DNA from: Pseudomonas aeruginosa
GTDB taxonomy: Bacteria; Pseudomonadota; Gammaproteobacteria; Pseudomonadales; Pseudomonadaceae
NCBI RefSeq assembly: GCF_001457615.1
Contig: NZ_LN831024.1
Span: 1,680,001-1,712,000, forward strand
DNA length: 32,000 nucleotides
Reading direction: 5' to 3'
Positions 1 to 10,751 of this stretch are shown here, piece by piece. A model generated the notes under the pieces. It saw only the letters and a list, made by a program, of their open reading frames with translations, did no database searches and was not told the origin of the DNA. The translations under genes were made by a program, and so were the position numbers. Each line of letters opens with the position of its first letter. Within the stretch, counting starts at the first letter, position 1.

Positions 1-444
1 TGGTCCGTGCTGGCGATGCTCTTCTACGTGATCTGGCCGCACCTGCTGGGCTATCGCCAGTCGGCCTCGTTCTTCATGCTGCTGGGGATCGTCCTGCCGT
101 TCCTAATCGCGGTGATCGCCCTCAGCGAGTTCATCGCCGAGCTGCTGCCCACCGAGGAATCGGTGTACCTGACCATGACCTTCATCACCCTGCCGCTGTT
201 CTACATGGCCGGCTACAGCTGGCCGGAACAGGCCATGCCGGACTGGGTACGCTGGCTGGCCGACGCGATCCCCTCGACCTGGGCGATCCGCGCCATCGCC
301 GAGATGAACCAGATGGACCTGCCGCTGCGCGAAGTCAGCGACCATGCCCTGGTGCTGCTGGGCATGGCCGCCACCTATGCGTTGCTGGGTACGCTGCTGT
401 ACCAGTACCGCAACTGGCGCTGGGACAACGTCAAGGGTTGGTGA
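1..444 (+). CDS. ABC-2 type transporter permease, C-terminal fragment (5' end outside window)
   Basis: Reading frame open from the window start; hydrophobic helices (FFMLLGIVLPFLIAVIALSEF; LVLLGMAATYALLGTLLY) with the YSWPEQAMPDWVRWLADAIPSTWAIRAI segment typical of ABC-2 / YhhJ-like permeases. Confidence 0.75.
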   Translation, partial: WSVLAMLFYVIWPHLLGYRQSASFFMLLGIVLPFLIAVIALSEFIAELLPTEESVYLTMTFITLPLFYMAGYSWPEQAMPDWVRWLADAIPSTWAIRAIAEMNQMDLPLREVSDHALVLLGMAATYALLGTLLYQYRNWRWDNVKGW

Positions 445-497
445 AGCGGCGCAAGGCCGGCCATACTCGGCTGGCGTTCGCACAGGGAGATGAAGGA

Positions 498-839
498 ATG
501 TTTCGTTCGGGGCTTTCTTTGCTGGTGCTTCTGGGGCTCGCCACGCTCGGCGGGTGCGGTTCCGTCAACACGCTGGTGCGCGACGACGCCAGCGCCGCCC
601 ACGACTTGCGCCTGAAGGCGACCGCCTGCACCAGCCTGCCGCGGGTGTACAGCGGGGTCAGCTACACCTTCTGCCGGCTCAACGTGAAGACCGGGTCGCC
701 GGTGGCGCCGGCGCAAGCCGACGGCATCCTCGAGGTGCTGGCCCTCGACTTCGCGCTGTCCGGGGTGATCGACACCCTCGCGCTGCCCTATACCTCGTAC
801 CGCCAGTACCGCGACGGCAACCTGTCCCTGGCCAACTGA
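498..839 (+). CDS. Small lipoprotein, YceK/YidQ-like
   Basis: ATG at 498 preceded by GATGAAGGA; lipobox LGGCGS after a hydrophobic leader (MFRSGLSLLVLLGLATLGGCGSVNTLV); YSGVSYTFC segment. The track start at 438 is upstream of the signal peptide start. Confidence 0.7.
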   Translation: MFRSGLSLLVLLGLATLGGCGSVNTLVRDDASAAHDLRLKATACTSLPRVYSGVSYTFCRLNVKTGSPVAPAQADGILEVLALDFALSGVIDTLALPYTSYRQYRDGNLSLAN

Positions 840-840
840 G

Positions 841-1767
841 TCAGGGAATCAGCGGCAGCACGATCTCGTCGCTGCGGCTGATCCCGGCGGTCTCGCTGCG
901 GCACAGGTCGAGGAACTCGCGCATGGTCGCAGTCTGGTACTTCTGCTTGTGCCAGATGAAGTAGAACTGCCGGCGCAGGTCCAGGCCGGGCGTTTCCACC
1001 GGCACCAGGCTGCCGCGGCGGAAAGCGTCGCGCAGGGCCAGGCGGGAAATGCAGCCGATGCCCAGGCCGGACTCCACGGCACGCTTGATCGCCTCGGTGT
1101 GCTCCAGCTCCAGGCGGATGTTCAGCGGCCGCGGGTGATGACGCATGGCCTGGTCGAAGGTCAGGCGGGTGCCGGAGCCCTGCTCGCGGAGGATCCAGGC
1201 CTCCCGCGTCAGCCGTTCCAGGTCGGCGCCGCCCCGCCGCGCCAGCGGATGCTGGGGGGCGCAGAACACCACCAGTTCGTCCTCCATCCAGGGTTGCACC
1301 TCGATGTCCGGATGCCGGCAGTCGCCCTCGATCAGGCCCAGGTCCAGCTCGTAGTGGGCGACCTGCTGCACCACCTGGGCGGTGTTGTGCACGTGCAGGC
1401 GCACCCGGCAGTCCGGCTGGCGCTGCATGAAGGCGCCGATCAGCAGCGTGGCCAGGTAGTTGCCGATGGTCAGGGTGGCGCCGAGGTCGAGGGAGCCGAA
1501 GGCGGTCTTGCCGTTGAGCAGGTTCTCGATTTCCTCGCCGCGGTCGAGCAGCGCCACCGCCTGCGGCAGCAGTTGGCGGCCGAGGGCATTGAGGGTCAGG
1601 CGCTTGCCGGCGCGGTCGAACAGCTTGCAGTCGAACTGCCGCTCCAGCTCGCCGAGCGAGGTGCTGGTCGCCGACTGCGACAGCGACAGCCCCTCGGCGG
1701 CGCGGGAGACGCTCTCCTGCTGGGCCACGGCGACGAACACCTCGAGCTGGCGGAGGGTGAATTTCAT
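841..1767 (-). CDS. finR: LysR-family transcriptional regulator (FinR), divergent from fpr
   Basis: N-terminal HTH MKFTLRQLEVFVAVAQQESVSRAAEGLSLSQSATSTSLGELERQFDCKLFDR; divergent position next to ferredoxin-NADP reductase as known in pseudomonads. Confidence 0.85.
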   Translation of the reverse strand: MKFTLRQLEVFVAVAQQESVSRAAEGLSLSQSATSTSLGELERQFDCKLFDRAGKRLTLNALGRQLLPQAVALLDRGEEIENLLNGKTAFGSLDLGATLTIGNYLATLLIGAFMQRQPDCRVRLHVHNTAQVVQQVAHYELDLGLIEGDCRHPDIEVQPWMEDELVVFCAPQHPLARRGGADLERLTREAWILREQGSGTRLTFDQAMRHHPRPLNIRLELEHTEAIKRAVESGLGIGCISRLALRDAFRRGSLVPVETPGLDLRRQFYFIWHKQKYQTATMREFLDLCRSETAGISRSDEIVLPLIP

Positions 1768-1920
1768 CCAGGCTTCCTCGTCTAGAGCGAAAGGCCCCGC
1801 GACATTTTGCCGTTCCGTCGGCGGGGTTGGCTCGGTTATCCTTGCGCCCCGTCCGCGGGAGCGATGGGAGCCCTCGGCGGCCGGCGGCCGACCGATATCG
1901 TGTTATCCCATATCCATATT

Positions 1921-1939
1921 CTGGATAAGCATTATCCAG
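1921..1939. promoter_or_regulatory. Perfect inverted repeat CTGGATAA-GCA-TTATCCAG, candidate regulator binding site in finR-fpr intergenic region
   Basis: 8-bp arms around a 3-nt centre, between the divergent genes; followed by possible -35/-10 TTTGCG (1949-1954) - N17 - TAAAAT (1972-1977) toward fpr. Confidence 0.55.
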
Positions 1940-2040
1940 ACAATTCATTTTGCGGATATTTTGGCAACCGATAAAATGCCGCGCAACTGCGTCACGTCTG
2001 CTGCTGTTGGTGTGCGCCCGCGTTTTCCTAGGAGTCTTTG

Positions 2041-2817
2041 ATGAGCAATCTGTACACCGAGCGCGTTCTCAGCGTGCACCACTGGAACGACACCCTGTTC
2101 AGCTTCAAGACCACCCGCAACCCGGGTCTGCGCTTCAAGACCGGCCAGTTCGTGATGATCGGCCTGGAAGTCGACGGTCGTCCGCTGATGCGCGCCTACA
2201 GCATTGCCAGCCCGAACTACGAAGAGCACCTGGAGTTCTTCAGCATCAAGGTCCCGGACGGCCCGCTGACCTCGCGCCTGCAGCACCTGAAGGAAGGCGA
2301 CGAGCTGATGGTCAGCCGCAAGCCGACCGGCACCCTGGTGCACGACGACCTGCTGCCCGGCAAGCACCTCTACCTGCTCAGCACCGGCACCGGCATGGCG
2401 CCCTTCCTCAGCGTGATCCAGGACCCGGAAACCTACGAGCGCTACGAGAAGGTGATCCTGGTCCACGGCGTGCGCTGGGTCAGCGAACTGGCCTACGCCG
2501 ACTTCATCACCAAGGTCCTACCGGAACACGAGTACTTCGGCGACCAGGTGAAAGAGAAGCTGATCTACTACCCGCTGGTGACCCGCGAGCCGTTCCGCAA
2601 CCAGGGCCGCCAGACCGACCTGATGCGCAGCGGCAAGCTGTTCGAGGACATCGGCCTGCCGCCGATGAATCCGCAGGACGACCGTGCGATGATCTGCGGC
2701 AGCCCGAGCATGCTGGAAGAGACCAGCGCCGTGCTCGACAGCTTCGGCCTGAAGATCTCGCCGCGCATGGGCGAGCCGGGCGACTACCTGATCGAGCGCG
2801 CCTTCGTCGAGAAGTAG
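2041..2817 (+). CDS. fpr: Ferredoxin--NADP+ reductase
   Basis: MSNLYTERVLSVHHWNDTLFSFKTTRNPGLRFKTGQFVMIGLEVDGRPLMRAYSIASPNYEEHLEFFSIKV and LLSTGTGMAPFLSVIQDPETYERYEKVILVHG motifs; RBS AGGAG upstream; C-terminal ERAFVEK. Confidence 0.95.
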   Translation: MSNLYTERVLSVHHWNDTLFSFKTTRNPGLRFKTGQFVMIGLEVDGRPLMRAYSIASPNYEEHLEFFSIKVPDGPLTSRLQHLKEGDELMVSRKPTGTLVHDDLLPGKHLYLLSTGTGMAPFLSVIQDPETYERYEKVILVHGVRWVSELAYADFITKVLPEHEYFGDQVKEKLIYYPLVTREPFRNQGRQTDLMRSGKLFEDIGLPPMNPQDDRAMICGSPSMLEETSAVLDSFGLKISPRMGEPGDYLIERAFVEK

Positions 2818-2847
2818 GCCTCCGCCGCGCCTCGTCGCGCCAGGCGA

Positions 2848-2883
2848 AGAAAGCCCCTGCCGTATCCGCGGCAGGGGCTTTCT
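2848..2883. terminator. Bidirectional rho-independent terminator between fpr and nosL
   Basis: AGAAAGCCCCTGCCG-TATCCG-CGGCAGGGGCTTTCT: 15-bp perfect stem, 6-nt loop, between convergent genes. Confidence 0.85.
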
Positions 2884-2899
2884 GCTTTCCGGCCCCCGC

Positions 2900-3436
2900 T
2901 CAGTGCGCCGGGTGCCGGTGCGGGTGGTCGCCGCCCACGCCTTGCAGCACCGCCTGGTCGATCTCGTCGAAGCGCAGTACCCGGCCGCCTTCCTCGGCCG
3001 CCAGGCGCGTCGCGGCCTCTTCGTCGGCGAACGAGGCGAGGGTGGCGCCCATGCCGCCCGGCCGCTGGATGCCGACCACGTAGTAGGCGCGGGTGGCGTC
3101 GATCAGGCGGGCATCGTCGGGGTGCCGCCAGTCGGCCTGGCTCATGTCGTGGACATACAGGCGCGCCTGGCCCTGGCGGTTTTCCGGTTGCAGCCACCAG
3201 CCGAACAGTTCGGCGGTGGAGCAGAACTTGCGCACCGCGCCGGGAAGCACCGCCTCGCCCTTGGGACCGGGCATTTCCTCGATGAGCATGCCGCAGACGT
3301 GGCATTCGTCGCCGCTGGCGATCGGCACCGGGCCGAGTGCCGTGGCGTCGTCCCGCGACGCATCGCAGCCGGCCAGCAGCAGGCCGAGCAGGAGCGTGCC
3401 GAGCAGAGGGCGCAGGGGGAGGGTATGACGTTGCAT
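2900..3436 (-). CDS. nosL: NosL, copper-binding lipoprotein of nitrous oxide reductase maturation
   Basis: Lipobox LLAGCD; DECHVCGMLIEE motif; last gene of the nosRZDFYL order. Confidence 0.93.
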   Translation of the reverse strand: MQRHTLPLRPLLGTLLLGLLLAGCDASRDDATALGPVPIASGDECHVCGMLIEEMPGPKGEAVLPGAVRKFCSTAELFGWWLQPENRQGQARLYVHDMSQADWRHPDDARLIDATRAYYVVGIQRPGGMGATLASFADEEAATRLAAEEGGRVLRFDEIDQAVLQGVGGDHPHRHPAH

Positions 3437-3452
3437 GGCGGAACCTCGTGAG

Positions 3453-4280
3453 TCAGATGGGGCGGCGGCGGAACAGGCCGTGGGCCAGCGCCAGGGCAGC
3501 GCAGGCCCAGAGGGCCAGGGCCAGCCAGAGGGCGCTGGCGGACACCGGCAGGTCGCTGGCCAGGGGAACCACCCCGCCGGCGGCGGCTGCGTCGAAGCCG
3601 GACAGGTTGATCAGCCGGTAGAGGTCGGTCGGGTTGAGCAGCAACAGCCAGGGCAGCAGCCGCGGGCTCAGGTGACCCTGGCTGAGGACCAGGATCGCCA
3701 GCAGGGCCAGGTCGAACAGCAGGACGAAGAAGAACCACAGGCCGAGCGCCTGCCCGGCGGCGCTGGATTTCTCGCTGGCGCGGCTGCTCAGGGCGTAGGC
3801 CAGGGCGAGGAACACGCAGCCGAGCAGCAGCGAGGAACCCATGAAGCGGCCGAAGGCGCCCAGCAGGATGGCCGCCTCGACCTCCGGCACCAGCGCGAGG
3901 ATCGCCAGCGCCGCGCTGCCGAAGCCGATCAGGGTGGCCAGGGCGAGGATCAGGCCGTGACCGAGGAACTTGCCGAGCAGCAACTGGCCGCGCCCCAGCG
4001 GGTAGGTCAGGAGCAGCAGCAGGGTGCCGCCTTCCTCCTCGCCGACGATGGCGTCGTAGGCCAGCAGCAGGGCGATCAGCGGCATCAGGAAGGTGGCCAG
4101 GCTGGTCAGGCTGGCGACCGTCGCCGGCACCGAAGTGAAGCCGACCTGGCCGGCCGCGGCGGCGCCGAACCAGGCGATGCCCACCGAGAGCAGGGCGAAC
4201 AGCAGGCTGATCGCCAGCAGCCAGCGATTGCGCAGGCCGTCGGCCAGTTCCTTGCGGGCGATGGTCCAGACTACGGGCAT
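3453..4280 (-). CDS. nosY: NosY, ABC transporter permease
   Basis: [39 protein letters not shown] with multiple TM helices; directly downstream of nosF. Start re-assigned from the track's 4484. Confidence 0.92.
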   Translation of the reverse strand: MPVVWTIARKELADGLRNRWLLAISLLFALLSVGIAWFGAAAAGQVGFTSVPATVASLTSLATFLMPLIALLLAYDAIVGEEEGGTLLLLLTYPLGRGQLLLGKFLGHGLILALATLIGFGSAALAILALVPEVEAAILLGAFGRFMGSSLLLGCVFLALAYALSSRASEKSSAAGQALGLWFFFVLLFDLALLAILVLSQGHLSPRLLPWLLLLNPTDLYRLINLSGFDAAAAGGVVPLASDLPVSASALWLALALWACAALALAHGLFRRRPI

Positions 4281-5185
4281 GGCGTGGCTCCGGCGGGGGC
4301 GGGGGACATGTGGTGGCGATAGAGGTCCTCCAGCGACGGCGGCAGGATTTCCAGGTCGAACTCGCGCGCGGCCAGCAGCGCTTCCAGCACGCCGTCGCGC
4401 TCGGCATCGTCCAGCAGTACCTCGATGCGCTGGTCGTCCAGTCTCCGCGCCGCCAGGCCGGCCCGGTGCCAGCGTTCGAGCCACTGCGGGTTATGCGGGC
4501 TGGCCAGGCGCACGCGGGTCGGCAGAGCCGCCTTGCGGCGCAATTCGGCGAGGCTGCCGGCCACTTGCAGGCGGCCGCCGGCGAGAATCGCGGCGCGGTC
4601 GATGTGCGTCTCGACGCCGGGCAGCACATGGGAGCAAAGGACGATCCCGGTGCCCTGGCCGCGCAGGCGGTCGAGCAATTGGTAGAGCTCGACGGTGGCC
4701 AGCGGGTCGAGGCCCACCGTCGGTTCGTCGAGCAGCAGCAGGCGCGGTTCGCCGAGCAGCGCCTGGGCCAGGCCGAGGCGCTGGCGCATGCCCTTCGAGT
4801 AGGTTTTCAGGCGCCGCCTGGCGGCATGGCCGAGGCCGACCTGTTCCAGCAGGCGCGCGGCTTCGGCCGGCGCCACGCCCTTGAGGCGGGCGAAGTGGCG
4901 CAGGGTTTCCGCGCCGCTGAGCTGCGGGTAGAAGGTCACGTTCTCCGGCAGGTAGCCGAGCTGGCGGCGCGCCTCCAGGCTCCTCGCATCGTGGCCGAGG
5001 ACCCGCACGCGGCCTTCGCTGGGGGCCAGCAGGCCGAGGACCAGCTTGATGGTGGTGGTCTTGCCGGCGCCGTTGTGGCCGAGCAGGCCGAGCACCTCGC
5101 CGGGCTCCAGGCGCAGGTCGAGCCCGCTCAGGGCGGTGAGGGCGCCGTAGCGCAGGGTCGCGCCGTCGATCTCGACCAGGCTCAC
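4271..5185 (-). CDS. nosF: NosF, ABC transporter ATP-binding protein
   Basis: Walker [11 protein letters not shown], signature [16 protein letters not shown], Walker [14 protein letters not shown]; probable GTG start overlapping the nosD stop. Confidence 0.92.
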   Translation of the reverse strand: MSLVEIDGATLRYGALTALSGLDLRLEPGEVLGLLGHNGAGKTTTIKLVLGLLAPSEGRVRVLGHDARSLEARRQLGYLPENVTFYPQLSGAETLRHFARLKGVAPAEAARLLEQVGLGHAARRRLKTYSKGMRQRLGLAQALLGEPRLLLLDEPTVGLDPLATVELYQLLDRLRGQGTGIVLCSHVLPGVETHIDRAAILAGGRLQVAGSLAELRRKAALPTRVRLASPHNPQWLERWHRAGLAARRLDDQRIEVLLDDAERDGVLEALLAAREFDLEILPPSLEDLYRHHMSPAPAGATPCP

Positions 5186-6447
5186 GGCCTCGGCTCCGCG
5201 GCGGGCATCCGCATCAGCGGATGGCTGTCGCGCACGCCGGGCGAGCGCACCACCGGGAAGGCGCGCTGGACCCAGCGCAGCAGCTCGATGCTCGGGCTGT
5301 TCAACAGCAGGCGTACCTGCGGGTACAGCCAGATCAGCCGGTCGACGTTGTCGTTGGGCTCGTAGGCGACGTCGCCGAGACCGTCGTCGTCGCGGTCCCA
5401 GCCCAGGTAGTCGCTCCAGTAGTTGCCGCGGCCGTCGGCGGACCACTCCTGCTCGCGGCTGGCGACGTACTTGACCTGCTGGCGGTTGCCTATGAAGGCG
5501 TTGCCGGCGATGCGATTGTCCTCCGAGCCGGCGGTGAGGTGGATGCCCAGGGCGCTGTCGGCGAAGCTGTTGCCTTCGATGCGGTTGAACAGCGAGTTGT
5601 AGATGAACAGCGCCTTGCCCTCGGCGCCGGAAATCATCGCGTCGCCGGTGCTGCCGCTGCGCACGCCCTCGACGCGGTTGCCGGCCAGGGTCGAGTAGGT
5701 GATGTAGTTCATCAGGATGCCGTAGTTCTCGTCGTCGATGGAGCGGTTGCCGGTCACGGTCAGCTTGCGGCTCTGCATCAGCGCGTAGCCGGTGCGGGTG
5801 CGCCGGGTCAGGTTGTCGGTCACCCGGCTGTTGTGGGTGAACATGTAGTGCACGCCGTAGCGCAGGTCCTCGAAGCGGTTGGCTTCGATGCTGCTGTCGT
5901 TGGAGGTGTCGATGTAGACCCCGTCGCGGGTGTGGCTGACCCGGTTGCCGCGGACCAGGGCGTCCTTCACCGCATAGAGGTGGATGCCGTTGCCGCGATC
6001 CTGGGAGCGCACGCTTTCGTCGCCCTCGATGCGGTTGTCGAGCACCTGCGCGCCCGCCGTGGCGTCGAGCCAGACGCCGAAGCCCGCGCCGCGCAGGTCG
6101 TTGCCGCGGATCACGGCGCCGCTGGCGGCCTTGCCGACGAAGATCGCGGCGTCGAGTTCGGTCAGGTTGCGCCCCCAGTTGCGCAGCCGGCAGCCCTCGA
6201 CGGTGATCCCGGGGCTGGTCAGGGTCAGCAGACTGCCGTGGCCGCCGCCGTCCAGTTCGGCGCCGGCCTCGCAGCGTAGGTGCAGCGGCCGGTCGATGAC
6301 GAAGTTACCGGCGTAGCGGCCCGCCGCCAGGCTCCAGCGGCCATCGCCGTCGGCCCGCAGCGGCAGGCCGTCGACCGGCTCCGCGCGGGCCGTGGCGAGG
6401 CCGAGCAGGAGCAGGGCGAGGAGCGGCCCCGCCCGGCGCCCGGCCAT
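5182..6447 (-). CDS. nosD: NosD, periplasmic beta-helix copper-processing protein
   Basis: Parallel beta-helix repeats ([55 protein letters not shown]); signal peptide [22 protein letters not shown]. An upstream start at 6495 is possible. Confidence 0.92.
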   Translation of the reverse strand: MAGRRAGPLLALLLLGLATARAEPVDGLPLRADGDGRWSLAAGRYAGNFVIDRPLHLRCEAGAELDGGGHGSLLTLTSPGITVEGCRLRNWGRNLTELDAAIFVGKAASGAVIRGNDLRGAGFGVWLDATAGAQVLDNRIEGDESVRSQDRGNGIHLYAVKDALVRGNRVSHTRDGVYIDTSNDSSIEANRFEDLRYGVHYMFTHNSRVTDNLTRRTRTGYALMQSRKLTVTGNRSIDDENYGILMNYITYSTLAGNRVEGVRSGSTGDAMISGAEGKALFIYNSLFNRIEGNSFADSALGIHLTAGSEDNRIAGNAFIGNRQQVKYVASREQEWSADGRGNYWSDYLGWDRDDDGLGDVAYEPNDNVDRLIWLYPQVRLLLNSPSIELLRWVQRAFPVVRSPGVRDSHPLMRMPAAEPRP

Positions 6448-6464
6448 CGACCGCGCTGCGTGGA

Positions 6465-8375
6465 TCAAGCCTTTTCCACCAGCATCCGCCCGCACATTTC
6501 CATGTGCAGGGCGTGGCAGAACCAGCTGCAGTAGTACCAGTGCACCCCGGGCTTATCGGCGACGAAGGTGATCGACGAGGTCTGTTGCGGGCTGATCTCC
6601 ATGCAGACGCCGTGGTTGACCATGACGAAGCCGTGGGTCACGTCCTCGATCTCGTCGAGGTTGGTGATGGTCACGGTGACTTCGTCGCCCTGCTTCACCT
6701 TGAACTCGGTGAGGCCGAAGGAGGGCGCCATCGAGACCATGTAGACGCGGACCTTGTTGCCCTCGCGGATGACCTTGTTGTCCTTCATCAGGTCGATGCC
6801 GTCCTTTTCCGCGCGCTTGACCGTCTCGGCGAAGAACGGGTCCTTGCGGTCCCAGATCTTGCGGGTCTTGATCTGGTCGCGGCGGGCGAGGATGCAATCG
6901 TGCGGTTCGGCGAAGGTCGGGCCGTCGTGGACCAGCTTCATTTCCTCGCCGGAAATGTCGATCAACTGGTCGTTCTCCGGGTGCAGCGGACCGGTGGGCA
7001 GGAAGCGGTCCTTGGAGAACTTGCTGAGCACCACGATCCACTTGCCGTCGGCTTCGCTGGTCTCGCACAGAGTGGCGTGGTTGTGCCCCGGCTGGTACTG
7101 CACGTCGAGCTTCTGGCGGATGTAGTCGACCTTCTCGCCCTTGTAGGCGCGCACCGCGTCGGCGAGGTTCCACTTCACCAACTGGCTGTCGATGAACAGC
7201 GTGGTATAGGCGTTGCCTCGGCCATCGAAAGTGGTGTGCAGCGGGCCGAGGCCCAGTTCCGGCTCGCCCACCACCACGTCGCGCGGGTCGGCCAGCTTGC
7301 CGGCGAACAGGTCGCCGAGGCGCTCGATGGCGATCATGGTGCAGGTCGGCGAGAGCTTGCCGTTGGCGATGAAGTACTTGCCGTCCGGCGAGGTGTTCAG
7401 CCCGTGGGGGTTCTTCGGTACCGGGATGTAGCGGGTCACCGGGCTGTCCTTGCCGTCCTTGCGCCGGCCGTCGACCACCGGCACCTTCGAGTCGCCGAGG
7501 GTGACGAAGCGCTTCGCCTTGATCTCGGCCTCGATGCGCGGGATGTCGAACACCACCACCCAGTCGCGCTCGTTGCGCATCATGCCGCCGAGGTCGACGG
7601 CCTTTTCCGAGTTGTAGCAGGTGGAGGCGGCGAACCTGCCGCTGTAGTCCATGTCGGTGTTGTCGAGGTTGCCGTCGACGATCACCTGCCAGGCCACTTC
7701 CATGGTCTCGGCGTCGATGGCGTTGTACAGGGTGAAGGCGTTGTCGCCGGACAGGTCGAAGGTCGAGCCGTCGTTGGGATGGGGGATGATGAACTCGGCG
7801 TTGCAGAACACGTAGCGGGTATGCGGCACCTTTTGCAGGCGCAGGCCGTGGATCGCCTGGACGTTGGGAATGGTGACGATGCGGTCGCATTTCATGACGT
7901 CCAGGCGGATGCGCGCGACCCGGCTGTTGGCCTTGTCGTTGATGAACAGGTACTTGCCGTCGTACTTGCCGTCGGTCATCGAGATGTGCGGATGGTGGCA
8001 GTCGCCGTTGAGGAAGCGCGCGCTGTCGCCGAGGACCCGCTTGCTCTCGTTGGTCAGGCCCCAGCCGGTGGCCGAGTCGACGTTGAACACCGGTATGCGC
8101 ATCAGCTCGCGCATCGACGGCACGCCGAGCACGCGTACTTCGCCGGAATGTCCGCCGCTCCAGAACCCGTAGTACTCATCCAGTTCGCCGGGGGCGACCT
8201 CGGCCTTGCTGCGCTCGCCCTTGCCCGCGGCCCGGGCCTCGCGGCCGACCACCGCGCTGCCCAGGGCGCTGGCGCCAACCAGGGCGGCGGCTCCGGTCAG
8301 CGCCGAGGCGCCGAGGAAGCCGCGGCGGTTCAGGCCGTGGGTTTCTTCGTGGGGGCTTTTCGTGTCGTCGCTCAT
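6465..8375 (-). CDS. nosZ: NosZ, nitrous-oxide reductase
   Basis: Tat leader [14 protein letters not shown]; CuA motif [14 protein letters not shown]; [25 protein letters not shown]. Confidence 0.98.
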
Positions 8376-8417
8376 CTCGTGTCGTCCTCAAGGGCAGTCA
8401 GGGGAAAGGGAGCCAGG

Positions 8418-10574
8418 TCAGAGGTTCTCCGCGGGTATCCGCGCGTTGTCCGCCGGCGCGCTCTTCGCGCGCTTCTTGCGCTTGTTCACCAGCGGCGGGC
8501 ACTTGTCCTGGTCGTGGTAGGTCATCTGGCAGTCGAGGCAGTAGTGGCATTCGTTGGTCTCGATGCGGCCGTCGGGATGGATCGCCTGGATCTCGCATTC
8601 GCGGGCACAGAGCTGGCAGGGCCTGCCGCATTCCGCACGGCGCTTGAGCCAGTCGAACAGGCGCGCCTTGGCCGGGATCGCCAGGGCCGCGCCCAGCGGG
8701 CAGAGGTAGCGGCAATAGACCTTGCGGGTGAACAGGTTGACCACCAGCAGCGCGACGGCGTAGGCGACGAACCACCACTGGCGGTCGAAGCCGAGGGTGA
8801 TGGCGGTCTTGAACGGCTCCACCTCCGCGGCCTGCTCGGCCAGCGCCAGGGATTCCAGGGAGAGACCGAAGAGCACCAGCAGGATGATGTACTTGATCGC
8901 CCAGAGCCGCTCGTGCACGGCGAACGGCACCTGGAACTGCGGCACGCGGAGCTTGCGCGCGAGTTCGTTGAGCAGTTCCTGTAGCGCACCGAACGGGCAC
9001 AGCCAGCCGCAGAACACGCCGCGGCCCCAGAGCAGCAGGCTGGCTGCGGTGAAGGTCCAGAGGATGAACAGCAGCGGGTCGCTGAGGAACAGCTCCCAGC
9101 GGAAGCCTTCGAACAGCGCGTGGACGAAGGTCAGCACGTTGACCACCGATAGCTGGCCGAGGCTGTACCAGCCCAGGTAGACCAGGGTGAACGCCAGGTA
9201 GCCGGTGCGCAGTCGCTGCATCAGGCGCGGCCGTCGCACCAGGCGGTCCTGGAGGAAGAGGATCGCCAGGAGCAGGACGAGGGCGGTACAGAGGACCCCG
9301 ACCTGGAAACTCTTCTGGTACCAGACCCGCAGCCACAGCGGCCGGGCAGCCTCTTCCAGGGCGGCCAGTTCCTCGGCCGTTGGCTGCGGCCGCTCCAGGT
9401 ATTCCTCGGGCGTCTGGCAGGCCAGCTCGAAGCTGGTGAATACCCCCGCCACCGGGCCGGTCTGGCGCCGCACGAGCAACTCCAGGGTCCAGGGCGAGCC
9501 CGGATCGAAACGCTGGCTGGCGCGGGCGACGAAGATCGCCATCTCGCGGAACTCCGGCATGCCTTCGGCATAGACGTCCGACAGGCGCTGGTAGTCGAGG
9601 TCGCGGAAGCTGATGATGTCGCCGAACTGGCGCAGTTGGACCCGATCGAAGATGCCACCGCGCACGTAGCCGGAACCCTTGAAGGAATACTCGCCGTCGC
9701 CGAGCACGACGAAGGCGTATTCGCCTGGCTTCAGCGACGCCATCAGTTCGCGGTACTGGTTGTCGCCGAGCAGGCTGCGGCCCACCGCGGGAGGGTTGAG
9801 CAGGGCGCTGTAGAGATCGATGAACGGCTCGTCGCGGTGCGCCGCGTCGGCTTCGCCGATGCCTTCGGCCTCGCTGCCCTTGAAGGCGTCGTCGATCTGC
9901 CCGCGACTCAACTGCAGGCGGCGGATCGCGCCGTTGCCGAGCAGTTCGCTCCAGTTTGCGGTCGCTGCCGGTTGCTGGCGCACCTGCGCCGGTTTGGGCC
10001 GCACATTGCCGCGGTCCTCGATCAGGCCGAGGGAAACCGCCACCGTATGTGCGGCGCGCATGACGATCTCGTTGACCACCATCACCGTCACCGTGGCGCC
10101 GCTCACCGCGTCGACGGTAACCGCCTGCGGGTCGCTGGAGCGGCCGACCACCACCCGCTGGTCGGCGCGCACGCCGTCGTACCTGGCGCTGAAGGCGTGC
10201 AGCTTCTCTTCCGGGATACCGATCAGCAGGATCGGTTCGTGGTGTTCGAGGACGTAGGCGTCGCGGATAACCGCCTGCGGATCGAGGATCACCTGCAGGT
10301 TGATCGGCTTGCCGGAGTAAGCCGGGATGTCGGTGACGCTGAGGGTCTGGAAGGCGTAGCCGAGGGTTTCCTCGCCCTTGCTCAGGCGGCGTACGCCGTA
10401 GTCGCCTTCGGGGTCGCCGATCCGCTCGACCGCGGGGAATACCTGGGCGATGCGCAGGCGCTCCAACTCGCTGAGTTCGGCACCCTGGGCGGCGAGGCCG
10501 ACCAGCAGGAGCATCCAGGCGAAGACACACCGCCACGATCCGGCGGAAAAACGAAGGGCGCGCATAGGTTCCAT
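8418..10574 (-). CDS. nosR: NosR, membrane flavo/iron-sulfur regulator and electron donor
   Basis: FMN-binding-type N-terminal region (TVDAVSGATVTVMVVNE), membrane helices, Cys clusters CGWLCPFGA, CRYLCPLGAAL, CARECEIQAIHPDG. Start could also be the ATG at 10565. Confidence 0.95.
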   Translation of the reverse strand: MEPMRALRFSAGSWRCVFAWMLLLVGLAAQGAELSELERLRIAQVFPAVERIGDPEGDYGVRRLSKGEETLGYAFQTLSVTDIPAYSGKPINLQVILDPQAVIRDAYVLEHHEPILLIGIPEEKLHAFSARYDGVRADQRVVVGRSSDPQAVTVDAVSGATVTVMVVNEIVMRAAHTVAVSLGLIEDRGNVRPKPAQVRQQPAATANWSELLGNGAIRRLQLSRGQIDDAFKGSEAEGIGEADAAHRDEPFIDLYSALLNPPAVGRSLLGDNQYRELMASLKPGEYAFVVLGDGEYSFKGSGYVRGGIFDRVQLRQFGDIISFRDLDYQRLSDVYAEGMPEFREMAIFVARASQRFDPGSPWTLELLVRRQTGPVAGVFTSFELACQTPEEYLERPQPTAEELAALEEAARPLWLRVWYQKSFQVGVLCTALVLLLAILFLQDRLVRRPRLMQRLRTGYLAFTLVYLGWYSLGQLSVVNVLTFVHALFEGFRWELFLSDPLLFILWTFTAASLLLWGRGVFCGWLCPFGALQELLNELARKLRVPQFQVPFAVHERLWAIKYIILLVLFGLSLESLALAEQAAEVEPFKTAITLGFDRQWWFVAYAVALLVVNLFTRKVYCRYLCPLGAALAIPAKARLFDWLKRRAECGRPCQLCARECEIQAIHPDGRIETNECHYCLDCQMTYHDQDKCPPLVNKRKKRAKSAPADNARIPAENL

Positions 10575-10685
10575 CTACTACTGGCTACCGGCGAAAAAAG
10601 GGACGCCGCGCTGCGGTGGGGTCTGCGCCTGGCGGTGGAATCGCTTCCGTTGCCGGATGCTAGGAGGAGCGGGGGCGGAACGCGC

Positions 10686-10699
10686 TTGATGAAAGTCAA
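10686..10699 (-). promoter_or_regulatory. DNR/ANR (FNR-type) box for nosR
   Basis: TTGATGAAAGTCAA versus consensus TTGATNNNNATCAA; centre about 33 bp upstream of a minus-strand -10 TAGCAT (10657-10662), as expected for a class II (-41.5) activator site. Confidence 0.8.
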
Positions 10700-10751
10700 G
10701 AAGTGGAGATGAGGAACAAGCGAGGTTGCTGGCACTCAGTGTACCGAGTCG

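Noticed and set aside
788-1948. 386-aa minus-strand ORF overlapping finR
   Set aside because: Arg/Pro-rich frame-shifted shadow of the convincing LysR gene in high-GC DNA; no domain pattern.
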